From: Eledone cirrhosa
Lineage: Eukaryota
Direction of reading: 5' to 3'
Assembly: GCA_964016885.1 (NCBI GenBank)
Contig: OZ024743.1
Location: 94,116,001-94,180,000 of the forward strand
DNA length: 64,000 bases
Under the pieces are notes generated by a model, which made no database searches, was not told the origin of the DNA, and saw only the letters and a program-made list of their open reading frames with translations. This document shows, in pieces, positions 41,995-53,585 of this stretch. Numbering within the stretch: the stretch's first letter is position 1; every line of letters starts with the position of its first letter. The translations under genes were made by a program, and so were the position numbers.

Positions 41995-43665
41995 GGTGAG
42001 TCAGCGGCCCGACTCCCCCAAACGTCTCGAAAACCACAGGCTGAAAAATGTAGCCGGCCGACAGATCACAGTATTTGAGGGTCTTATTCCGCTCGGCTAC
42101 GGAAGCTGTGGCTCTCGTCCTAACCGCAGCATCCAGGATGTGGGAAGAAGCAAAAGAGTCACTAACACTGACGTCCCAGACAAGGCACCTGCCTCTCGAC
42201 CAGGGGCACAGGGTAAGACCGTAAGGTCTTTTGCCGTCACTTATGGATAACCCAGATGGTTCTAAAATTAAGAGGATGTTCGCCCGGGCCAAAGCTCTCT
42301 TGAGAATGAGGTTTAGCTCCGTGTGACGTGCGAAGCGGCTGACATTCAGGCGGCAAGAAAGACTGTGGAGTCGAGGAGTTTGAAGCATCGGCACCTCAAA
42401 CCCATGCAGACGTCAGCTCCCACTCTGAGGGTGATGGAGACACGAAGTTCGTCGAGGCTGAGTAGGCCACCAATGTTGGCCACGGGTAGGGCATCAACCC
42501 AGTCGCCTGAGTATTTGGCGCTGGTAGATAGTAAGCGGCACCTTGCAAACTGATCTGACTGGATGAAGGGGGAGTCGAAGGTGGCCTTCGATCTTATGCT
42601 GTCCCAAGTTCTCTGACTTCGACTGTCCTCCACCTTCTCAGGAAGAGACAAGCCCAACTCACTCCATTGCTGGAGAGCTTCACCCAACTCTCTGTTGGAA
42701 CTAGTCCATGTTGGAGAGGAGAGGATGTTGCTCACCAGGGTGGAGGAAAGGAAGCAGGGGAGAGAGAGGGACGAACACTTACGAAGACCAAGACCCCCAA
42801 ATCGCTTGGGCAACGCATCCTGATCGCGGGACTCTGGAGAGAGTCTAACATTGACCAGGCATTGGAGTCTCTCGAAGATTAGGTCGTCGAAGCGTTGGAG
42901 GCAGGACGGAAATCTGTGAGAGGGGCTGACCCTGAGCAGATACAGAAGCTTAGGAATAGACAGATAGTTCCTGAGTATGAAGAAATCTTGATGGAGTTCG
43001 ATAACTTTAATATTCTTCAGCAGCTGCTCAAGGCCAACCATCTTCGAGTGGAAGATTGACTCGAAGGCAAGGTCTGTGATTGGGGCTCCTAAGGAGCACC
43101 AAGCCGACGGGGGAGGGACCGCGATGGAAGGGAAGGACTCTGCAAAAAGGTCGATTAGCTGTTGGTGTCGAGAAGCCGGGTGGTTGAGGATCCAGAGCTC
43201 ACATTTGGAACTACTGACCTGGAGACCCCGGCGGCCAAGCTCCTCAACCATTTTGTTGGCAGTGGCGAGAACCATATCCGGAGTTTCCCCCAAACAAGCG
43301 TCGTCGAGGTACCAGACATTAAGGTCCAACTAAACCTTACCTTGGTGACGTCATCAATGCCCAGTGCAACAGAGCGGGCCCGAGTGGGTCACCTTGTTGA
43401 ACTCCTGAGGCAAAGGTGATGATTTGGTCACCGAAAGAGAGGTAGGAGGGCTCCCGATAAGCCTGCCAAGCAAAGTGGTAGAGTTGTGGGACCCTCTCTC
43501 TTACTGAGCCGAGGGCGATGTCGCGGCTGACGGAGATAAATGCATTCTTGAGGTCAAGTTTGAGGATGACCTTGGGGAACGAGGAGCGCAACTTGGTAAA
43601 GGCTCTGGTAGCATGGACAGCAGCCTCACAACCCAAGCTTGGTATCCACCCCCAGCTGGATGGGG
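41995..43665 (-). mobile_element. CRE-clade non-LTR retrotransposon (RT + restriction-like endonuclease), truncated and frameshifted
   Basis: [55 protein letters not shown]...DGKRP(Y/D)GLT..PW.RG..LVWDV, FETFG. Confidence 0.88.
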
Positions 43666-43670
43666 GTATG

Positions 43671-43751
<81 letters not shown>

Positions 43752-43779
43752 GTGGTTACACAACAGTTAGTTCACCATA

Positions 43780-43819
43780 CCGAGAACAATTGTTTCACCT
43801 TCGCGGATCTTCAGCTCGG
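43780..43819 (-). ncRNA. Minimal type I hammerhead ribozyme motif
   Basis: Minus strand CCGAG-CUGAAGA-UCCGCGAAGGU-GAAA-CAAUUG-UU-CUCGG: perfect stem I, intact core, palindromic stem III. Confidence 0.8.
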
Positions 43820-43821
43820 GA

Positions 43822-43874
<53 letters not shown>

Positions 43875-43915
43875 ATATATATATAAATATATATATATAA
43901 ATACATGTATGTATA

Positions 43916-43949
<34 letters not shown>

Positions 43950-44087
43950 GTAATAATAATAAATTTGAAGACTAAAATCCAAAGAGGGCTCGATAAGGAT
44001 AAATATATATCAAATATATAAGAACCATAGAGCAAATATTTATTAACGATTCTTTGCTTAAACTTTAATCTGTTATTTTAATAAATA

Positions 44088-44088
<1 letters not shown>
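43950..44088. mobile_element. Rearranged 3'-terminal fragment of the PLE family at 58.4-61.5 kb
   Basis: 43950-44046 is the reverse complement of ~61404-61499; 44047-44088 is a direct copy of ~61373-61412; flanked by (TA)n. Confidence 0.85.
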
Positions 44089-44155
<67 letters not shown>

Positions 44156-44283
44156 GAGGTTATATTTAATTTGTTGGGATTCAACAAGCTTAAAAAATGT
44201 TTATAACTGATATAAAGCACTCAACTGAGTGGAGTAAATATACAATATATTAACAAATGGAAACTATATTTATAAAGCCATAT

Positions 44284-44349
44284 TTATTTTTTATACATAT
44301 TTCAAGGGCTACCAAGGCAAATTATGGTGCGCTTTCATCAGATAAAATA
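44284..44349 (-). ncRNA. Type I hammerhead ribozyme motif (inverted copy of 44437-44502)
   Basis: Minus strand UAUUUUAU-CUGAUGA-AAGCGCACCA..UGGUAGCCCUU-GAAA-UAUGUA-UA; 3' strand of stem I imperfect. Confidence 0.7.
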
Positions 44350-44436
44350 CAATACAGCTATCCAGGAAGCTCCAACCGTTAAGGTTGTCTTTTTTCAGGC
44401 TATGTCAATATTTATTTATGAAACTAATCTGTATTG

Positions 44437-44502
44437 TATTTTATCTGATGAAAGCGCACCATAATTTGCCTTGGTGGCCCTTGAAATATGTATAATAAAA
44501 TA
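44437..44502 (+). ncRNA. Type I hammerhead ribozyme motif
   Basis: UAUUUUAU-CUGAUGA-AAG.CACCA(loop)UGGUG.CUU-GAAA-UAUGUA-UA^AUAAAAUA: 8-bp perfect stem I; predicted cleavage after 44494. Confidence 0.8.
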
Positions 44503-44536
44503 TGGTTTTATAAATATAGTTTCCATTTGTTAATAT

Positions 44537-46183
<1,647 letters not shown>

Positions 46184-46287
46184 TATATATATATATATAT
46201 GTAAAAGGTAAACAGAAATAACAACACTATCGGTACAGTGTATGGAAGGTATATATTAGGTTAACGCTTGATATAGCAGGAAGAGGG

Positions 46288-46323
46288 TCTTAACGTTTCG
46301 GACGCTAGTCCTTCATCAGAAGA
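46288..46323 (-). ncRNA. Minimal hammerhead ribozyme in the PLE 3' region
   Basis: UCUU-CUGAUGA-AGGAC(UAGC)GUCC-GAAAC-GUU-AAGA; palindromic AACGUU stem III typical of PLE hammerheads. Confidence 0.75.
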
Positions 46324-46555
46324 AAGAATGAAAAATAAAATAGATTGAGGGGACGGGCGGGATGGAATTGGAAAAAATGTCTTTAGATAAAAATAACAGG
46401 TCTATTCATGTTGACATCTCTTGCAAAACTGTTGGTGCTGGTGTTTTGTGTACGATTTGTTTTTTAGAAAAGTGGATGATGGCGCGCGTCTACCTGAAAA
46501 GGAAAAAAAAAACGTTTTGTAAAAAAGAGCTATACTTGAGCACGTGCGTAAGCAT

Positions 46556-46556
<1 letters not shown>

Positions 46557-46640
<84 letters not shown>
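46557..46640. repeat. (TG)n microsatellite within the PLE 3' region
   Basis: Direct observation. Confidence 0.98.
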
Positions 46641-46645
<5 letters not shown>

Positions 46646-47583
46646 ATAGGTCCGTATGAAGCTAAGAAGAAATGTGTGTGTGTGTATGTGAGTAAAAGAG
46701 TAGGTGTGCATGTAAGTAAGAAGCTATGAGCAAAGAGAAAATGATAGGAATCTAGAGGTGTGATAATGGACGAGGTATTAGAGAAATTGGGGAGGTGAGT
46801 TGAGTCCAAGAGGGGATTAGGACCCAAGACGGGGAATCAGACTTTGTTCAGTACTGGTGCGCGAGGCCTGTGATCCATGATGTAAAAGGACACCCAGGAC
46901 TGAAACATGTAGGGAAGAATGACCAGGAGAACAGAAATGCCGGGCGACAGGAGTATCCAAACCGAGTCGTATGTTCCTCAAATGTTCGGCAAAACGGTCT
47001 GCCATACGGCGTCTCGTTTGTCCGATATATAAAGACCCGCAAAGGGAACACCGGAGGGCATAGACAACGTGGGTGGATGTGCAGGTGAAGGAATGGCGCA
47101 TACGGAAAGATCCTTTAGTGCCAGTAAGAGTGGTGAGGGTGGAAGTAAAGGGACAAGTGTTGCAGCAGGAACGGGAACAAGGATGAGAGCCGGGTGGAGC
47201 CGTGGGAGAGGACGAAAAAGAACTGCGAACCAGGAGGTCGCGGAGGTTTCGGGCGCGCTTAAAAGCAGTAATGGGTGGGTTTGGAGAAAAGCGAGAAGTG
47301 ACGGGGTCAAAAAAGAGGATACGGAAGGAACGGAGGATATAGGGTGATGGGGTGGTAGGTGAGAGGGAATGGAACACGGGTGTTGGGAGGGCGGGGGTGA
47401 GGTGAGAGGGCTGTGGTGCGGTCTGTTTCACGGGCGCGGGTGAGAGCAGCTTGGATCAAGGTGGTGGGATATCCACACTGAATGAAGCAGGAAGCCATGC
47501 GAAGGGAATGGGTTTCGAAATCGTCGTCCTGGCTATAGAGTCGACGAAGACGGAGGAATTGAGAATAAACTAAGGATATATAT

Positions 47584-47651
<68 letters not shown>

Positions 47652-48419
47652 ATAGGGAGAAAAAGACGATTATTAGGAAGAAAAATATATTTTTTTCCCT
47701 TTTATTTTTTTCTCTTCTTTCTGGGTTAGAAAATGTTTAAAACAAAATATTTTACTTTGTATGAAGTGTTAAGGTATTAGTTAATTTATTGATTAATTAA
47801 AAATGGCATTTATTTATTTATATATTTAATAATTGTCTATTACCGGTTTCAGCATTTTACGCATTATCAAAGGGGGGAATTTGTATTGGTCTAAAATGTT
47901 GGAGATGTTGAACATGTTAAGGAAATGGTGAAGAAAGAATAATGTTATTTACAAACAAGGTTTTTGAAATGAAAAGAAAAAAAGAAAAAAAAGGGGGGGG
48001 GGGGGTAATGTTGAACATGATAAGGTAATGGGAAAGAAAAAATAATATTATTTACAGGCATAGTTCTTGAAGATAAGCAGTTCAAAATGTGTTATGGCAA
48101 GAGTGCTTAGTTGATTCATGATGTTGATACATGCATATATATATATATGTTAATATGTTGATACATGTATGTATATATATATATATATATATAACTTTGT
48201 CTAGTTTATATGTATATACCCTTTAAATTTTATACACTCCCGTAAGGTTGAGTTAAACTTTAGGCAGTATTCGGCTGCGCTTTCTAGCAACCAGCCTACT
48301 CGCCGACAGGCACCAATCACAAACTTTCTACCTTGACCACTGGCCACGTGATGATTCTTAGCCATTTTGAATTCGTTTCTGGCGGGGATCATGTCAGAAA
48401 AATCTTTGTCCAATTGAGT

Positions 48420-48504
48420 TATCTCCTGATGATTTCCAAACCTGGTTGATTTATCCAAGATCGAATATATCCAAAATGAAATGAAACCGCCGGGGGTAGA
48501 GATA
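48420..48504 (+). ncRNA. Type I hammerhead ribozyme motif with long stem II insert
   Basis: UAUCUC-CUGAUGA-UUUC...GAAAU-GAAA-CCGCCGGGGG-UA^GAGAUA: 6-bp perfect stem I and near-palindromic stem III; cleavage predicted after 48498. Confidence 0.75.
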
Positions 48505-48792
48505 TTTTGATGATTTTGGTAGGTTTATGTACATTTTTTCTTCTAACTTTGATTTTGTACATAATTTTGTATGGTTAACTATGTCTAGTCAATTTCTACA
48601 GGCTATTAGAAATACTAGGTAAATTTTTTGTAGCTATAAGTCGCAGATAAGAAGCTATATCAATTATCTATTGTTTCTTCATAAGTATATTTTAAATTTA
48701 TAGCCTCGTTTAAATGATTTTTTGTGTGGTTGATTTATGCTGATTGGAAGAAGAAATACTGTATATATTTTATCTAACGATTCTATAGACTT

Positions 48793-48871
<79 letters not shown>

Positions 48872-49077
48872 CCAAAGATTAATATGGTTCGTTGATTAAT
48901 CAACGAATACAATTTTTGCATTCCCCTTCTATATTTCTAACTTGCTCTACATCCTTTTCTTCTTTAAGTTTATCATATTATTTTTGGTATAAAGACGTTG
49001 AGATTTGGTGAAATAAATCACTGCCAATACTGGAATTGAATAATCAAAACCGTAGCGGTATGTCACATATCAAATTT

Positions 49078-49144
49078 TATATTTTGTCTGATGAAAACGT
49101 ACATACAAACCATTGTGCCTTTGAAATATAAATAATAGAATATA
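49078..49144 (+). ncRNA. Degenerate type I hammerhead motif (same family as 44437)
   Basis: UAUAUUUUGU-CUGAUGA-AAA..GUACA..UGUGC.UUU-GAAA-UAUAAAUA^AUAGAAUAUA; stem I retained with G-U pairs. Confidence 0.6.
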
Positions 49145-49185
49145 TATTTTGATTATGAGAATATTTTTCATTTATTAACATTTTG

Positions 49186-49224
<39 letters not shown>

Positions 49225-49285
49225 TAAAAGGGATACTCAATTTGTTGGTAATTCAACAAATATAAATGTTTATAACCGCTTCAAA

Positions 49286-49342
<57 letters not shown>

Positions 49343-49817
49343 TAAAATTAGTCCTTCATCAGTGATCTTCCAACTTTCATTGGTATTTCCTCGCTTTAAA
49401 AATCATATACCTCTGGTTGGTGCGAGCAATAACTAAATAAAGTTATTGGACAAGTAAAATAGGGTGAAACGAGCGAGACATGTAAACAAACAAAGATGGT
49501 ATTGCAACGAAAAGATAGGAAGAGACAAGTACATGATATCTGTAAGCTTAAGCTTGATGAATTCATGGACGAGAGATACAGACCATCCGACATGGGTGAG
49601 AAGTGAGCGAGAAAAGGATTTCACACAGGTCAAACGGGAGGAAGTGAGAGAGGGGAGAAGCAGAAAGTGAGTGAGTGGAAGTGTGAGGAAGAGGCCAGCC
49701 GAGAGAGAGTGTGACTGGCAGAGGGGGTAAAAAGAAGGTGAGAGATACAGAGAGAGGGGAAGCAGTAAGAAAGAAACAGACAATCGCAGCTGAGGAAAAA
49801 ATATAGATATAAGAAAA

Positions 49818-49882
49818 ATGGAGTGATGCGTGGTTGCACATGGGTTACATATGAACCCATGTGCAACCACGCAGCACTCCAT
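49818..49882. repeat. 65-bp near-perfect palindrome
   Basis: ATGGAGTG.TGCGTGGTTGCACATGGGTT-ACATATG-AACCCATGTGCAACCACGCA.CACTCCAT. Confidence 0.9.
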
Positions 49883-50034
49883 AGTACATCGTTCCTTTGT
49901 CAGTGTTGAACAAAAGGGCAACGATGGTTGCTAAACACTGTACGGCTTAATTCGGGCTTTTTGTTTGTTTACAAACAAACCGAGCATTATAATAAAAGTT
50001 CGGTGAACTCATACGTACATATATATATGTATGT

Positions 50035-50378
<344 letters not shown>

Positions 50379-50385
50379 ATATATA

Positions 50386-53300
50386 TGATGGCTGCCCCCT
50401 CGTTATCGAGTATGGCCATTGCACGAGAAAAAAAAATATATTCACACATATATATATATACATACATACATATACATACATATATATACACACACATTTA
50501 TATTAATAACAATAATAATAATAATAATAACAACAATAATAATAACAACAACAACAACAATAATAATATACATATACATATATATATATACACACACACG
50601 CACACACATAAACATATCTATACACACACACACACACGATAGCAACTAACAGCGCTGCGATCGAATGTGGCTTTTTAGCCCAGCCAATGATCTAAAATGT
50701 CTTGCACAGAGTGCGCAACCAAAACATTCACTAGGAATAGCCGGCTGTGGTTGGAGTTTATGTACTTTTGCATGTCGCTTGAGCCCTCCTGCTGATTTAC
50801 ATTCTCTACCACATGTTTGCCAAGCATGATGAGTAGCATCTCCAACAGCAGCCTGGTAGTCAACCACTAGTCTTACTTTATGACTGCGAAGATGACTTTC
50901 GAGTCCAGCTTTGCTTAGGCAGAGTCTCGCACAGACGCTGCATGTCAGCACCATAGGAGGACCCTCGCCGTCTGGAAGTGCAACAGCAATGCCCTTCCTC
51001 ACATCCCGCTTTACTTTCTCGTATGCGATTCGAGATGCCTCAAAGGCAACTTTTCCCTCATATACAGTCTTTCTCAATTTATTACGATCAGCAGCAATAT
51101 TTTCCCATGTATCAGCAGAGATGTTAGTGTCTTTCAAAGAGGCTTTCAAGGCATCCTTATACCTCTTTTTGGTTTATGTGGCGGTCGTTTTCCTTTAACT
51201 AACTCTCCAGAAAAGAGTTGTTTTGGTATTCTAGAATCCTTCATCCTGACAAGGTGACCACTCCAACGGAGTCGTTGCTTAAGCACAAGAGCTTCTATAC
51301 TGTCACACAGAGCTTTCCAAAATCTCGATATCACTGATGTGGTCCCTCCAGTGAACACCATGGATCCGTCTGAGACACATCTGATGGAAACGCTCCAATT
51401 GCTTAAGGTGGTGTCGATATGTGACCCAGATCTCGCAGGCATAAAGAAGAGAAGAGAGCACACATGCCTTGTACACCTTTACCTCTGTCTTCTTGCCAAC
51501 CCAGAGTCGCCTTTCTAGCTTTCCGAAAGCATCACTTGCTTTCCTAATCCTAAGTGAGATTTCACTATCAAGGTTTCTGTATTGATTGACAGTGCTTCCC
51601 AGGTAGACAAACTGCTCGACCACTCCAAGTCGTTTACCATACACATAGATATTTGGTTCAGTGTACTGCTTACCAGGGGCAGGTTGGTGCATGACCACGG
51701 TTTTCTTGAGACTGACAGTCAATCCTAGGGCAGTGCAAGCGTCGGAAAATGCATTAAGAATGTGCTGCATATCACTATGTGTGCGCTACAAGATCGCAAT
51801 CATCTGCATACAAGAGGTCTTTTATGATTGATGTAAATACTTTTGTCTTTGCAGCAAAGCGCCTGATGTTAAATATGCTGCCTGAGGTTCGATATCGGAT
51901 GTAAACACCATGCTCGCAATTCCTGAATGCAATACAGAAAACCATTGCAAAGTATATGGCAAACAGGGTCGGTGCTGGAATATCCCCCTGTTTCACTCCA
52001 TTTTTTACTGATATAGGCTCCGACATGTTACCTCCGACATTAACCCAAGCCTTCATGTTGTCATGGAAAGACCTAACTAAAGCAAGGAACTTATCAGGGC
52101 AACCAAGTTTCTGGAGAACCTTCCATAATGCATTTCTGTTAACAGTATCAACAGCTTTGTGTTATTGGAATCTGACGCAGTTTGTATCTCACCAGCCTTC
52201 TCACACCACCACTGATCCTTCATCTGAGAAAGACTCCGCCTAACACGTGATTTTACATCCTTGAGTTCCTCATGCAACGCATTCCTCTCTTGTGGTTTTG
52301 CCGTCAAGTAGCGTGACAGAGCACGCCTCTTATCAGCCAACAAGTCTTCTATATGTACATCATTCTCATTAAACCAGTCCTGATGTTTTCTCTGCACCAA
52401 TCCCAGAACAGGCCTACCTACATCATAAACCGACTTTTTAAGGGTCGGTCAATCCTCACAAAGATCTGCAGCCTGCATCTCTTCTTCCAATGTCCTCTTC
52501 ACATTTTTATCCTTAAGACGAGCAGCATTCAATATTTTGGGCAAGGCAACACCAGGAGCCCGGATTTTACGTTTAGTGATTAGTTTCACTTTTGCGCGAA
52601 CCAGGCGGTGGTCTGTCCAGCACTCAGCTCCACGAAGAGCACGAACACACTGCACATCCTGTCTGTCACGCATCCTGACTAGGACATAGTCCAAAAGATG
52701 CCATTCCTTAGATGCAGGATGCATCCATGTGGTCTTAAATTTGTTCTTTTGTTGGAACATGGTGTTAGTAACACACAGATCCAGCTCCTCACACATCTGC
52801 AGCAGGAGCATACCATTGTTGTTACACTTTCCCACCCCATGCCTTCCGATTACATTCCATGTGTTAAAATCCCTACCCACTCTAGCATTAAAGTCACCAA
52901 GCACAATGACTTTGTCTGCCTGAGGGATATTTCTTAAAACACTTTTCAAGGCATGGTAAAAGGACACTTTTTCTTCATCGACAGAAATCATAGTTGGAGC
53001 ATACACACTCACCAGTGTCGCATATCTTCCTTTGTCCAGCGGAATTCTCATAGACATAAGACGCTCACTAATCCCTACTGGGAATTCTTCTAATTTATTC
53101 ACAAGAACAGTCTTAACAGCAAATCCTACCCAGCCTCTCTTCTGGTTCCTTCATCTCTTCCTTTCCAGAAGAATGTATATTCTCCACAAAATTCTGTAAG
53201 ATGACCATCTCCAGCTAACCTCGTCTCAGATAAAGCCACGATGTCAAGATCGTAACGTCGAAGCTCCTTTGCAACAAGAGCGGTCCTTCGTTCAGGACGC

Positions 53301-53505
53301 TCCAAGGAATCCCTGTCAAGCAGCGTCCGTACGTTCCAGCAGCCAAGACTAAATGCCTTGTTTGGCTCTATTACAGTGGCACGATGACGAGCGGGCCCAG
53401 TCTTTGATAACCTGAGGCCCCTGCCCTTATTGCCAATTATCATTTTTGTTCCAGAACCTAAATTGCCAATTATCTCTTTTATATTATTCTGGAACATCAT
53501 TGAAT
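50386..53505 (-). mobile_element. RTE-clade (BovB-like) LINE, near full length, disrupted and internally deleted
   Basis: APE endonuclease (GCWNVRTL, RRTALVAKEL, ALSETRL, SVYAPT, LGDFNARVG, TDHRLV), RT (GVKQGD, LLYADD, FVYLGS), C-terminal C2H2 fingers, and an RTE-type 3' tip (ATGGCCATACTCGATAACGAGGGGGCAGCCATC) at 50386-50427. Confidence 0.93.
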
Positions 53506-53525
53506 TGGAAAAAAAAAAAAAAAAG

Positions 53526-53541
53526 TAATAATAATAGTAAC

Positions 53542-53583
<42 letters not shown>
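53526..53583. repeat. (AAT)n tract, the tail or target of the Tx1-like LINE
   Basis: Immediately 3' (minus strand) of AATAAAGAAATC. Confidence 0.85.

Positions 53584-53585
<2 letters not shown>

Larger units (their letters stand above)
46201..47578 (-). mobile_element. Penelope-like element (Neptune-type), 5'-truncated: RT thumb, GIY-YIG endonuclease and 3' region
   Basis: YSQFLRLRR..GYP; PLTYHP; AFKRARNLRDLLVRS; C..SCCNTCPF linker; FTCTSTHVVYALRCSLCGSLYIGQTRRRMADRFAEH; PVARHF. One frameshift. Confidence 0.9.
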
